Positions 40,144 to 50,478 of a stretch of 64,000 nt of DNA are shown piece by piece; position 1 is the stretch's first letter, and the number at the start of each line of letters is the position of its first letter. Source of the DNA: an uncultured Acidobacteriota bacterium (GTDB lineage Bacteria > Acidobacteriota > Thermoanaerobaculia > UBA5066); the NCBI GenBank assembly GCA_963779415.1, contig CAVZYA010000001.1, positions 224,001-288,000 on the forward strand. The letters run 5' to 3'. A program made the position numbers and the translations under genes. The notes under the pieces are model-generated. The model searched no databases, was not told the DNA's origin, and saw only the letters and a list, made by a program, of their open reading frames with translations.

Positions 40144-40293
40144 TCAGATGACCCGTCGCCCCTGGAGGAGCTGGATCAGAAGGACGACGACGGCGACGAC
40201 GAGCAGGATATGAATGAGGCCGCCCATCGAGTACGCGGTGATCATCCCGAGAGCCCAGAGGACCAGGAGGATCACGAAGATTGTCCAGAGCAT
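40144..40293 (-). CDS. lmo0937-family small membrane protein, copy 1
   Basis: MLWTIFVILLVLWALGMITAYSMGGLIHILLVVAVVVLLIQLLQGRRVI; AAGGAG RBS. Confidence 0.85.
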   Translation of the reverse strand: MLWTIFVILLVLWALGMITAYSMGGLIHILLVVAVVVLLIQLLQGRRVI

Positions 40294-40317
40294 GGTGTCT
40301 CCTTTCTCCCGTCCGAC

Positions 40318-40872
40318 TCAGCCAAGGAGATCGACGACGTTCTTGACGCCTTCGATCGAACGGGTCTTCTTGATCGCTTCCCTGGAGATATCGGGGTTGT
40401 CGAGCTTGCCGCGCAGGCTGACGACGCCGTCGACGACCTCGACCTCGATCTTGAGCGCGTTCGCGCCGATGTCGGTCAGAAGGATGGTTTTCACCTTCAG
40501 CTCGAGCGCGACGTTCTTCACCGAGGCTTCGCTGGCTTCCACGGTCCCTGCGGCGTTCCTGACGGTGACCTCGTTGTCGACCTTCTTGATCCCCTTGACC
40601 GAGAGGGCGACCTCATTCGCGAGCCCCTGGCTTGGCGTCCTGGCGACCTCACCCGTGAGGGTGGCGGTCTCTCCCGTGACAGAGACCGTGATTCCGAGGG
40701 CGTCGCTTCCGAGCTTGTCGATCAGCATCGACTTGACGGAGATGGCGCTGATCGTGTCGGAAAGCTCCGTCGACACCGGCTTGGCGTCGGGCGCGGCATT
40801 CGCGGGTGGTGCCGAGAGAAGCCATGTGAGGGAAAGGGCCGCCGAGATGATCGATACCGGGGTCTTGTTCAT
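40318..40872 (-). CDS. Dual BON-domain (OsmY-like) protein
   Basis: Signal peptide; two BON repeats (ATLTGEV..VKGIKKVDN; GVVSLRG..IEGVKNV). Confidence 0.88.
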   Translation of the reverse strand: MNKTPVSIISAALSLTWLLSAPPANAAPDAKPVSTELSDTISAISVKSMLIDKLGSDALGITVSVTGETATLTGEVARTPSQGLANEVALSVKGIKKVDNEVTVRNAAGTVEASEASVKNVALELKVKTILLTDIGANALKIEVEVVDGVVSLRGKLDNPDISREAIKKTRSIEGVKNVVDLLG

Positions 40873-40897
40873 GAAACGAGCCTCCGTCCCTCGACCG

Positions 40898-40913
40898 CGC
40901 AATTGCCCTGCCA
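40898..40913 (-). promoter_or_regulatory. sigma54 promoter
   Basis: TGGCAG-GGCAA-TTGCG upstream of the BON gene. Confidence 0.7.
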
Positions 40914-41200
40914 GCGTCGGCGGGCTCTCTCGAGCGCGTTGGACCGGTGGGAGAACGTTTACGCGCCTTTGGCGTGGAAATAGTTCCATCACACTTGAAA
41001 GAGGTGCTTCATGGAGCCAGCCCGTCACCGGGTCCACCTCGCACAAGCCGGGTTCGCGGACCTCTCCTTTCTCGAGAGTCCCCTTCGTTGCGCCGATGGT
41101 CTCCGGGCGAAGCGCGACGGCGGAGCTGGTACGCCACGTGCTAGGAGGAAAGAGATGAGCGAAAGATCGCCCGAGGGCTTCTCGGGCGCCGGAGGCCACG

Positions 41201-41821
41201 ATGGGGTACGTGAATAGGAACCTGATGGCGGGTGAGGAGGTCCTGCTCAGGCCGAGATACCACCCGGTCCGCTTCCTCCCCGGCTCACTCGGCATCCTCC
41301 TCGGTGCGATCGTCGCGGCCGGCGCGGTCGTTCTTCCGGCGGGCTCGGCGTCTCCCGGCATTCTCCTCGCCGTGGGCGCCGCGATCGCTCTTGTCGGTCT
41401 TCTCGCCATCGCCCTCCGCGCCGTCGTGGATTCCTTCGACGAGTTCGCGATCACGTCGTTCCGGATCATCAAGAAGACGGGCTTCCTGACGCGACAGGTC
41501 TCCCAGATCCCGCTCGACAAGGTGCAGGATCTGCGTCTGGTGGCGACGCTCTGGGGTCGTTGGCTTTCGTATGGAAATGTCGAGGTCGAGTCGGCCGGTG
41601 AAGACGGGCCGGTCGTCTTCCGGCGAATTCAGAATCCCGAGGCGTTCCGGAACGCCCTCTTCAGCCGGCGAGCGGCGCCGGCCGCTGCCTCGGTGACGCC
41701 GACCACGCCGCTCCGGACGGCGGAAGAGAGACTCGAGGATGTAAAGCGGCTCTTCAAGGCCGGCTCCATCACCGAGGGTGAGTACAAGACGAAACGCCAG
41801 GAGCTGATCCGGGAACTCTGA
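41201..41821 (+). CDS. Bacterial PH-domain membrane protein with C-terminal SHOCT
   Basis: AITSFRIIKKTGFL..IPLDKVQD..YGNV; L.KAGSITEGEYKTKRQEL. Confidence 0.85.
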   Translation: MGYVNRNLMAGEEVLLRPRYHPVRFLPGSLGILLGAIVAAGAVVLPAGSASPGILLAVGAAIALVGLLAIALRAVVDSFDEFAITSFRIIKKTGFLTRQVSQIPLDKVQDLRLVATLWGRWLSYGNVEVESAGEDGPVVFRRIQNPEAFRNALFSRRAAPAAASVTPTTPLRTAEERLEDVKRLFKAGSITEGEYKTKRQELIREL

Positions 41822-41940
41822 AGGGGAACGAATTACTCCTTTCGCGGGTCGCTTGGGAGTCTTCCCGAATCGAGGACGCCTACGACGATTGCGAAAGTTG
41901 ATTGATGGCCTTTGCTGCCTATTCGCTATGGTTGTGCGGC

Positions 41941-41956
41941 TGGCACGCCTCGTGCG
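41941..41956 (+). promoter_or_regulatory. sigma54 promoter
   Basis: TGGCAC-GCCTC-GTGCG upstream of the 26-aa ORF. Confidence 0.65.
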
Positions 41957-41987
41957 TATTCCTTTTTGGGAAAGAAAGGAGAAGACC

Positions 41988-42068
41988 ATGAACCTCATCC
42001 TTTTGGTCGTCGTGTTGGTCCTTTTGTTCGGTGGCGGCGGCTACTACTGGAACAGCAGACGCGGATGA
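41988..42068 (+). CDS. 26-aa membrane microprotein (DUF3309-like)
   Basis: MNLILLVVVLVLLFGGGGYYWNSRRG with AAGGAG RBS. Confidence 0.7.
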   Translation: MNLILLVVVLVLLFGGGGYYWNSRRG

Positions 42069-42163
42069 ACGCCGGATGAGATTGCAGGCGCTTCGACAGG
42101 CCTGACGAGCATCCTCGAAACCCGGGACCGCCGTTCAATGGACCCGTTGCGGGAATATTGAAA

Positions 42164-42204
42164 GCCGCAGCCCTCTCGCCGGAAGCATCGGAGAGGGGTG
42201 TGGC
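42164..42204 (-). terminator. Hairpin after the GH94 gene
   Basis: GCCGCAgCCCTCTC...GAGAGGGgTGTGGC followed on the minus strand by TTTCAATATT. Confidence 0.5.
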
Positions 42205-45200
42205 TCACCGCTTTGCGGCGAGCGCGTCGGGGGTCGGCCCGGAGCCGGAGGGCGCGGCCGCCGCCGCTCCCAGTACGATCCGGACCCGGTGTGTGCCGCC
42301 GCCGTCCAGGAGCGGGATCGCGGCGGGGTCGGCAGGCGCTCCGTCCAGCTCGGCGCTTGCGACTCCGCGGCCGCGGCGCTGGGGGTTCACGACCTCGATC
42401 GCGTAGTGCGTCTTTCCGAAGCGCCACTCGATGGAATAGGCCGGCCACGACGACGGGATGCACGGATTCAGGGTAAAGAAGGCCCCCCGGCGCGCGAGTC
42501 CGAGGATTTCCTCCAACGCCACGCGATACGCCCAGCCGGCCGAGCCGGTGTACCAGGACCAGCCTCCGCGCCCGCGGTGCGAGGGGTGGTCGTAGACGTC
42601 CCCCGCCATGGCGTAGGGCTCGGTCTTGTACTGGTCGACTTCGGCGGCGGTGCGCGAATGGTTGATCGGGTTGAGCATGTGGAAGAGCTCGACCGCCTCG
42701 TCGCCGCACCCGAGGCGCGCCAGAGCGAGGACGACCCACTGGGCCGCGTGCGTGTACTGGCCTCCGTTCTCGCGGACTCCGGGGAGGTAGCCCTTGATGT
42801 AGCCCGGGTCGAGGGCGGTCCGGTCGAACGGGGGTGAGAGGAGAAGGATGACCTGGGAAGTGCGGCGTACGAGCTGCGCGCGCACCGAGTCCATCGCACG
42901 ATCGGCGTGCTTTCGCGGCGCGGCGCCGGAGAGGACGGCCCAGGTTTGCGCCACCGAGTCGAGCTTTCCCTCGTCGTTCTGGGAGGAGCCGAGCGGCGTG
43001 CCGTCGTCGAAGTAGGCGCGCCGATACCACTCGCCGTCCCAGCTCTGCTCCAGCATCGCCCCGAGGCGCTCGCGCTCGGCACGGTAGCGGGCGACGCGGG
43101 GCGCGTCCCCCCGCCCCTCGCAGAACGGACCGAAGGCGCCGAGAACCGAGTGGAGGAGCCATCCGACGAAGACGCTCTCCCCGCGCCCCTCGGGTCCGAC
43201 CCTGTTGTAACCGTCGTTCCAGTCGCAGCTCCCGATGAGCGGCAGGCCGTGGGAGCCGGCGGTCAGCGCGCGGTCGATGGCCCTGAGGCCGTGCTCGAAC
43301 AGGGTGCCGGCCTCTGCCGATACGGCGGGCAGCCCGTAAGCCTCCGCTTCTCCGGGCGGGACGGGGGGCGACTGGAGGAACGGGATCCGTTCGTCGAGGA
43401 CGGCGGCATCTCCGGTCGCTTTCACGTACTCGGCGACCGCGTACGGGAGCCAGAGGAGGTCGTCCGAGCAGTGCGTCCGGATCCCCCGGCCGCACGAGGC
43501 GTCCCACCAATGCTGAACGTCGCCCTCCAGGAACTGGCGCGCCGCGGCCCTGAGGAGATGCGCGCGGGTGAGGTCGGGGCGTGTGAACATCAGCGCCATG
43601 ACGTCCTGGAGCTGGTCGCGGAATCCGTACGCCCCGCTCGACTGGTAGTAGCCGGAGCGCGCCCAGAGGCGGCAGGCGAGGTCCTGGTAGAGGAGCCACC
43701 GGTTCACCAGCAGGTCGAAGGAGTCGTCGGGGGTCGACACGCGCACGGCCCCGAGCGCCTCGTCCCAGAACGCCTCCACGGCGGCGAGCTCGGCCTCTGC
43801 CGCGACGATGCCGCTGGCGCCGCTGTAGCGCCGAAGGAGCGCGCGGGCCTCGTCCAGGTCGCGCCCCTCCCCGACGAGGAAGACGAGGCGCCGCGTCTCG
43901 CCGGGCAGGAGGTCCATGGCCACCTGCAGGGCCGCGCAGGGGTCGAGGCCGGCGCCGAAGCGGCCCGTGAGCCGCGGGCGCCGGAGAGCGGCCGCCCGTC
44001 GCAGCGAGCCATTCCGGCCCAGGAACTCCCGGCGGTCACCGGTGGCCGAGAGAAGCGCCTCGCCGGCGCCCGCGAACGCGACGCGGCCGCCGAAGACCTC
44101 GTTGTAGGGATTGCGCGCCAGGACCGCGCCCGTTTCGCCGTCGCGCTCGGTCACGACGAAGCGCGCCACGCCCGGTTTCGGGGGTCCGAGCGACCACTCG
44201 CTGTATGCGAAGAGGTTGAGACGACGGAGCCGATCCGATCGGTTCGTCAAGGTGAGGAGCGACAGCTTGACCGGCTCCTCCCGCGCCACGAAGACGGCCA
44301 GCTCCTGCGCGATGCCGTGCGTGACACTCTCCCACCGCGTCACGCCGGGCGCGTGGCGGACCACCCAGCGCGGCGAGCGCGGCGTCCGCCTGAGGGGCGC
44401 CGGCGTGGCGCTCCAGAAGGCGCCGGTTTCCTCGTCACGCAGAAGGATGGCCTCGGCGGTCGGATCGGTGACCGGGTCGTTCGCGAACGGAGTGAGGCGG
44501 TTCTCGCGGCTGTTCCCGTGCCAGGTGTGGGCCGCGCCCGATGTGGTGACGATGCTTCCGAATCCCGGGTTCGCGAGGACATTGACCCAGGGGAGCGGGG
44601 TCTCGCGGTCGCCCTCGAGGACGACGACGTACTCGCGACCGTCGCGCGTGAAGCCGCCCAGCCCGTTCTCCATGACGAGGGCCGGGGACTCGATCGGCGT
44701 CTCCGGCCCTTCCTCTTCCGGAGGCTCATCGGCGTGCCAGGCCGGGACCGGAAGGATGGGGTCCGGCTCCTGGCGGTCCAGCTGCTCCTCCAGCCCGCCG
44801 CGGTCGCCGGAGAGAACCGCACGGGCGGCCGTATTGAGGAGAAGCCGGTCGCCCTCCGGCATGGCGTCGCCCCGGAGGAGGAACACTCCCCCGGGCTTTC
44901 CCTTCCAGGCGCCCCAGGCGCCGCCGTCGACGAGCGCGAGGAGCTGCTCGTGCATCTCGTCGCGATAGCTCGCGGGGTGATCGTTCAGGATCACGGCGTC
45001 GGCTTGAATTCCCTTGAGGCGCCAGAGCTCCTGCGCCATCAGAACGTGCCGGACGAGCGGCAGGTCGTCCGGCTCGGTCACCCGGACGAGGACGATCGGC
45101 AGGTCGCCGGAGATGCCGTATGCCCAGAGGGCCGCCTGCCCGAGCGTGCTTCTCGCCAGCATCTCCCTTTCGGCGCGTAGCGAGCCGTCGGAGAAGAAGA

Positions 45201-48200
45201 CCCGGGAGCCGAGCCGCTCGAAGAGCTGGGCTTCCTCCACGGAGATTCCGAGGTGCCGGAGCGAGACCTGCGCGTGCGTGTAGGCCAGGGCGAACGTGCG
45301 GGCGGCGACGCCGGGGTCGTGATACTTCTGCGCCAGGGCGTGAGCGGCCGTCTCGTCCGCGGCCACGCCCGTCGCGAAGGAGAGACGGGCGAAAGCGCCG
45401 GGCGCGAGCCTGAGGCGCGTCCTCAGGCTGAGGATCGGGTCGAGCACGGCGCCCGTGGTGCCGGAGAGCGGACGCCCGTCGAGGGCGACGGGATCGTCGG
45501 GGCCGCGCCCCCGTCCCAGGAATCGCATCCGGTCGGTCTCCCACTCGACCGGTGCCTGCATCCGCCCGTCGATGGAGAGAACGTGAAAGGCGAAGAGCGC
45601 CGGGTCCGAGGCGCTCCGCGGACGGCGGCGAGCGAGAAGGGCCGAACTCTCCCGCAGCCACTCGGTCTCGATGAAGAGCTTCCCGAAGGCGGGTTGTGAG
45701 ACGTCTTCCGAGATGGACGCAAGGGCGATCTCGACGTAGCTCGTCAGCTCGATCTCGCGCGGCCGGTCGCTCCGATTCGTCACGGAGATCCGCCGCACCT
45801 CGGCGTCGTCCTCCGGCGAGACGGCGATTTCGAGGCGCGTCTCGATGCCGTGATCGCTTCGCTCGATCACGGCCTTCTCGGAGAGGAACTCCACGAGATA
45901 ATCTTCCGGCTCCTTGCCGACGGGCTGATAGGCCGCGGACCAGACCGCGCCGCCGTGGACGTCGCGCAGATAGACGAATTGACTCCCCGGGTCGCGAGTC
46001 GGGTCCTCGCGCCACCGCGTGACGGCGCGGTCCCGGCAGAAGCTCGCTCCGCCCCCCGAGTTCGTCACGATCGCGACATACGCGCCGTTCGACAGGATCT
46101 GCGCGCGCGGGTAGGGCGTGTGCGGGGAGCGGAGCCGGCGCGGGGCGCGAGCCAGCGTCGGGGCCACGTGGGTCTCCTCGGCGGGGCGCGGCTCGATGAC
46201 AGGAGCCTCGCGCGGCACCCGCTCCTGCAGGAGAAGCTCGGTCGCCTGGATCCTCGGGTCCGCGTGGAAACGGTCGACCATGACGTCGCCGAGAAGGACG
46301 TCCGCGACGGCGACGAGCGTCATCCCCTGGTGGTGCGCCAGGTAAGTCTTCACGATCACACCGGCGTCGGCACCCGCGCCGGGAGGCGCCGCGGGCGAGC
46401 CGCCGCCGTCGTGGGGCTTTCGGGGCGTGTAGTCGACGGCGTCGTAGTAGCCCAGCGGTCCCTCGGCGCCCTCGCGTGCCAGACGCCTCAGATTCCGCGC
46501 GGCCGCGGACGGATCGACCATCGCGGCGAGCGCGGTCGCGTAGGGCGCGATCACCAGCTCGTCGGCCAGGCCGCGCTTCAGCCCGAGGCCCGGAACGCCG
46601 AAGGCCTTGTACTGATAGCTCCCGAGCCGGTCGACGAGGTTGTAGGCCGACTCGGAGATGCCCCAGGGAACGCCGCGGCCGCGGGCGTACCGCCGCTGCC
46701 GCCGGACGACCATGCGATACGTCTGGTCGAGGAGAGTCCCGGGATACGTCCTCATCAGAAGGAGCGGCATCAGGTACTCGAACATCGACGCGCTCCACGA
46801 GACGAGAGTCGGGACGCCGTCCACGCTCACCACGAGCCGCCCGAGATGGAACCAGTGGCTCTGGGGCACGTCCCCCTTGGCAATGGCGAAGAAACTCGCG
46901 AGGCGCGCCTCCGACGCGAGGAGGTCGTAGTAGGAGCCGTCCAGCCGGCCGGGCCCTCCGGCATCGGCCAGCCGGTAGCCGATCGAGAAGAGCTGGCGTT
47001 CGCGGTCGTAGAGGAATGCGAAGCTCATTCCGTCGGCGAAGGAGAGAGCACGCCGGGCAAGATCGGAGAGGCGCTCTGCCAGCTCCGGTCGCGACGAGGC
47101 CAGCCGGCGGCACCCTTCGGACAGCGCGAGCAGCGCCCCCGCGAGGTTTCCGCTGTCGACCGTCGAGATGTAGCGGGGAGGGAGCGGCGAGAGGTCCCGC
47201 GTGTCGTACCAGTTCAAGAGGTGCCCCTCGTGCCGCTCCAGACCTTCGACGGTCGTCAGCGTCCGTTCCAGCCTCTCGAGCATGGCGTCTGGAGGCAGGA
47301 AGCCCAGATCGTGCGCCGCGAGCGTCGAAAGAAGACCCATCGCGATGTTGGTCGGCGAAGTCCGGTGCGCCACCACGCGGGCCGGCTCCTCCTGGAGGTT
47401 GTCGGGAGGGAGCCCGTGGTCCTCGGGGCCGGTCAGCGTCTCGAAATAGCGCCAGCTCTTCCGCGCGACCGCGAGGAGGAACTCGCGATCCCCGGGCGAC
47501 AGCTCGCGCCGCCGCGGTGCGGCCGGATGGCTGAGCCAGTAGGCAACGAAGGGCGCGATCGCCCAGAGAGCGCCGAACGGGAGAGCGAGGGGGAGCGCAC
47601 GGGGACGCGCCGCGGCGGTGAGAGCCACGAGAACGATGGCGGCGATCGGGTTTACGGCCATCTCCAGAAGGAACGAGCGGGCTCCCTCGCGAAGGAGGCC
47701 GGCCGCCCGTGCCGCCTGCGCGGCGGCGGTCTCCCAGTCCAGCAGGCGGCGCTGCGTGAAGACGAGCCTCACGAGCGTCAGCGCGATGGCATTCACCATC
47801 TCCCAGGCGTGGTACGGGAGAAAGACGAGCGTCAGGAAGGCCTGCGCCGAGGCCGTGCTCAGATCCTCGAGAAGGCCGCGCAGATGGACTCGGGCCGGCT
47901 CGTGCGCGGGGGGCCGCTTCAGCAGGTGAAAGAGAGAGGTGACGAGCGGAAGCGAGACGACCGAAAGACCGGCCAGGGTCCACGCGAGCGGGCTTCCGGG
48001 GAGGACGGTCCATGCGGCTCCGAAGAGAGCGAGGAGGGCGGGAGCCACGAGGCTTCGCCGGAGGTTGTCCAGGATCTTCCACTGGCTGATGAGCGGCAGG
48101 CGGTTCTTCGCGAAGCCGTCTCTCGTCGGGACGACGGGCAGAAGCCAGGCGAGGATCTGCCAGTCACCGCGCACCCAGCGGTGCTGTCGGCGGGCGTGGG

Positions 48201-50460
48201 CGAGGAGGTTGGCGGGATAGTCGTCCACGACCTCCACGTCGGAGACGAGCGCGGTCCTCGCGTGCAGACCCTCGAAGAGGTCGTGCGAAAGGAGCGCGTT
48301 CTCGGGGACGCGTCCGTCCACGGCCGCGCGGAAGGCGTCCACGTCGTAGAGCCCCTTGCCGGTGAAGACGCCCTCGCCGAAGAGGTCCTGGTAGGTGTCG
48401 GAGACGGCCGTCGTGTACGGATCGACCCCCGTGTGTCCGGCGTAGACCCGCGCGAAGAGCGATCCGGCGGCGCTCGAGAGCGTGACGCTGACACGCGGCT
48501 GGAGGATGCCGTATCCCTCCGTGACCCGTCCGACGGACCGGTCGAAGACGGGTCTGTTCAGCGGGTGAGAGAGGATTCCGATCAGCGTCTGCGCGACGCC
48601 CCTCGGGAGCCGCGTGTCCGCGTCGAGCGTGAGGACGTACCGCACCGATGGCAGGATCGACAGCTCTCCCAGCCGTACCGCGTATCCGGTGTCGTCCGGG
48701 TCGCGGAGGAGCCGGTTGAACTCCTCGAGCTTGCCCCGCTTCCTCTCCCAGCCCATGAAGACGCCCTCTTTCGGATTCCACCGGCGCTCCCGGTGGAAGA
48801 GGAAGAAACGGTCCCTGGCGGCCGGGGCGTGGCGGCTGTTGAGGGCCTCGATTCCGGCGACGGCGGCGGCGAGAATCTCCGCGTCGCCCTCCATCGCCTG
48901 TGCGGGCGCGTCCTTGAAGTCACCCAGAATCGCGAAATGGATGTGCGGATCGAGGTTGCCGAGGGCCTGCACCTCCAGGTTCTCGAGAAGCTTCTCGACG
49001 CCCGTCACGCTTCCGAGGAGAGCGGGTACCACCACCATCGTGCGGGCGCTCTCGGGGATGCCTCCGATGAGATCGAGGCGGGCCAATCGACGGGGTGGCA
49101 CGAGCGCGGCGACGAGGCGCTGGACGATGAGCGTGGCAAGCTCGCTCGCGGGGATCGTCGCGAGAAGAGCCGCGGCCGTCACCATGCCGGGAGCCCCCGA
49201 GGCGCGGACGTATTCGATCGCCGCGAGGATGCCGAGGCCGGTCAAGATGCCGATGCCGCCGAGGTACGCCGCCGTCGCGTGGGAGAAGGCGAATCGGCGG
49301 AGCCGCTGTCCCGGCGAAGGGCGAAACGCCACGTCGATCTCGAGGCCAAGCCGGCCCGGGCCGATCAGGTGATGGCCGACGTGCGCGGTCCGGTCGCCGA
49401 TCCCCTTCAGTTCCGCCGCCTGGCGCGCGCTCTCCACGGCGCGCAGGGCGACGCGCACCTGTGCCTCTCCGGTGGGCTCGGCAAGCTTCTCCGCAGCCTT
49501 GCGGTAGCGGTCGCGGCTCTGAAAATCCATTCTCGCGTAGATGGCCGCCGGGTCGCGCCGCAGGATCTGTTCCACCAGGCTGACCCGCTCCACGAAGCGG
49601 CTCCAGTCGAGCGTGCCGCAGAGCCTCAGGCTCGTGATCGTGTTGCCCGTCGAGGCCTGATCGGTGGCCTGACGCTGGTGCTCGGCACGGACGGCGTCCT
49701 CGGACGTCGTCCCTCCGGCGGGGAATGCCTCCTCCATCCGGGCGTGGAGCGAAGAGACTCGCGGGTCGGACTCGCGCATTCGCTGCCTCAGCTGCGCGAA
49801 GAATGCGCTGTGAAGCGGCTCGGGAAGCGGCTCGGGTGAACCGCCATCCGCCAGCCGGTCGAGCACGGCGTCCGCCTCCCGCCGGGCGGCTCGGCCGGAG
49901 AGGATTCCCGCCGCCAGGATTCTAAGGTTCTCCAGGAGGGCGAGCTTGAGCATGCTGGGCCATGCCCAGAGCTCGCCGATCGTCAGCGGCGCCACGGTCT
50001 GATAGGCGAGGACGAAGCGCGTGAGTCGCTCCGCGTCGAGCCGCCCGTCGCCGTGCCGGATCAGCTCCAGCGCCATCGCGTGGATGCGGGCCTTGCCCGA
50101 GAAGTCGCGCGCGGCGAGCCTGGGGAGCTTCTGGTAGTACCGCCGGGGGAGGTCGTGGCGCACGGCACGAGCCTCCGACTCGACGAGGTGAAAGTTGTCG
50201 AGGAGCCACTCGGCCGCGGGGTCGACGGGCTCACCCCGGCGGACGTCGCCGGCAAGGAGACGGTAGGCCTCGCGAAGGACCCGAAGATTCGCGTCCAGCC
50301 GGGTCCGGATGTCGTGCCGTCCCGCGCGGGGCTCTCGCGCGAGCGTGAAAACGCCGGCCAGGGTCTTCGCGCGCTCCTCGAGGCTCTCGAGGCCCAGAAG
50401 CTCGCCTCGCAGAGGCGCTTCTTCCTCAGGAGGGCGCCGTCCGAACAGGAATCGCATCAA
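42205..50460 (-). CDS. Cyclic beta-1,2-glucan synthase/phosphorylase-like protein (NdvB/Cgs-like; GT84, glucoamylase-like, GH94), 2751 aa
   Basis: [72 protein letters not shown]. Confidence 0.92.
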   Translation of the reverse strand: MMRFLFGRRPPEEEAPLRGELLGLESLEERAKTLAGVFTLAREPRAGRHDIRTRLDANLRVLREAYRLLAGDVRRGEPVDPAAEWLLDNFHLVESEARAVRHDLPRRYYQKLPRLAARDFSGKARIHAMALELIRHGDGRLDAERLTRFVLAYQTVAPLTIGELWAWPSMLKLALLENLRILAAGILSGRAARREADAVLDRLADGGSPEPLPEPLHSAFFAQLRQRMRESDPRVSSLHARMEEAFPAGGTTSEDAVRAEHQRQATDQASTGNTITSLRLCGTLDWSRFVERVSLVEQILRRDPAAIYARMDFQSRDRYRKAAEKLAEPTGEAQVRVALRAVESARQAAELKGIGDRTAHVGHHLIGPGRLGLEIDVAFRPSPGQRLRRFAFSHATAAYLGGIGILTGLGILAAIEYVRASGAPGMVTAAALLATIPASELATLIVQRLVAALVPPRRLARLDLIGGIPESARTMVVVPALLGSVTGVEKLLENLEVQALGNLDPHIHFAILGDFKDAPAQAMEGDAEILAAAVAGIEALNSRHAPAARDRFFLFHRERRWNPKEGVFMGWERKRGKLEEFNRLLRDPDDTGYAVRLGELSILPSVRYVLTLDADTRLPRGVAQTLIGILSHPLNRPVFDRSVGRVTEGYGILQPRVSVTLSSAAGSLFARVYAGHTGVDPYTTAVSDTYQDLFGEGVFTGKGLYDVDAFRAAVDGRVPENALLSHDLFEGLHARTALVSDVEVVDDYPANLLAHARRQHRWVRGDWQILAWLLPVVPTRDGFAKNRLPLISQWKILDNLRRSLVAPALLALFGAAWTVLPGSPLAWTLAGLSVVSLPLVTSLFHLLKRPPAHEPARVHLRGLLEDLSTASAQAFLTLVFLPYHAWEMVNAIALTLVRLVFTQRRLLDWETAAAQAARAAGLLREGARSFLLEMAVNPIAAIVLVALTAAARPRALPLALPFGALWAIAPFVAYWLSHPAAPRRRELSPGDREFLLAVARKSWRYFETLTGPEDHGLPPDNLQEEPARVVAHRTSPTNIAMGLLSTLAAHDLGFLPPDAMLERLERTLTTVEGLERHEGHLLNWYDTRDLSPLPPRYISTVDSGNLAGALLALSEGCRRLASSRPELAERLSDLARRALSFADGMSFAFLYDRERQLFSIGYRLADAGGPGRLDGSYYDLLASEARLASFFAIAKGDVPQSHWFHLGRLVVSVDGVPTLVSWSASMFEYLMPLLLMRTYPGTLLDQTYRMVVRRQRRYARGRGVPWGISESAYNLVDRLGSYQYKAFGVPGLGLKRGLADELVIAPYATALAAMVDPSAAARNLRRLAREGAEGPLGYYDAVDYTPRKPHDGGGSPAAPPGAGADAGVIVKTYLAHHQGMTLVAVADVLLGDVMVDRFHADPRIQATELLLQERVPREAPVIEPRPAEETHVAPTLARAPRRLRSPHTPYPRAQILSNGAYVAIVTNSGGGASFCRDRAVTRWREDPTRDPGSQFVYLRDVHGGAVWSAAYQPVGKEPEDYLVEFLSEKAVIERSDHGIETRLEIAVSPEDDAEVRRISVTNRSDRPREIELTSYVEIALASISEDVSQPAFGKLFIETEWLRESSALLARRRPRSASDPALFAFHVLSIDGRMQAPVEWETDRMRFLGRGRGPDDPVALDGRPLSGTTGAVLDPILSLRTRLRLAPGAFARLSFATGVAADETAAHALAQKYHDPGVAARTFALAYTHAQVSLRHLGISVEEAQLFERLGSRVFFSDGSLRAEREMLARSTLGQAALWAYGISGDLPIVLVRVTEPDDLPLVRHVLMAQELWRLKGIQADAVILNDHPASYRDEMHEQLLALVDGGAWGAWKGKPGGVFLLRGDAMPEGDRLLLNTAARAVLSGDRGGLEEQLDRQEPDPILPVPAWHADEPPEEEGPETPIESPALVMENGLGGFTRDGREYVVVLEGDRETPLPWVNVLANPGFGSIVTTSGAAHTWHGNSRENRLTPFANDPVTDPTAEAILLRDEETGAFWSATPAPLRRTPRSPRWVVRHAPGVTRWESVTHGIAQELAVFVAREEPVKLSLLTLTNRSDRLRRLNLFAYSEWSLGPPKPGVARFVVTERDGETGAVLARNPYNEVFGGRVAFAGAGEALLSATGDRREFLGRNGSLRRAAALRRPRLTGRFGAGLDPCAALQVAMDLLPGETRRLVFLVGEGRDLDEARALLRRYSGASGIVAAEAELAAVEAFWDEALGAVRVSTPDDSFDLLVNRWLLYQDLACRLWARSGYYQSSGAYGFRDQLQDVMALMFTRPDLTRAHLLRAAARQFLEGDVQHWWDASCGRGIRTHCSDDLLWLPYAVAEYVKATGDAAVLDERIPFLQSPPVPPGEAEAYGLPAVSAEAGTLFEHGLRAIDRALTAGSHGLPLIGSCDWNDGYNRVGPEGRGESVFVGWLLHSVLGAFGPFCEGRGDAPRVARYRAERERLGAMLEQSWDGEWYRRAYFDDGTPLGSSQNDEGKLDSVAQTWAVLSGAAPRKHADRAMDSVRAQLVRRTSQVILLLSPPFDRTALDPGYIKGYLPGVRENGGQYTHAAQWVVLALARLGCGDEAVELFHMLNPINHSRTAAEVDQYKTEPYAMAGDVYDHPSHRGRGGWSWYTGSAGWAYRVALEEILGLARRGAFFTLNPCIPSSWPAYSIEWRFGKTHYAIEVVNPQRRGRGVASAELDGAPADPAAIPLLDGGGTHRVRIVLGAAAAAPSGSGPTPDALAAKR

Positions 50461-50478
50461 CGGGAGCGCCTCCGAGCC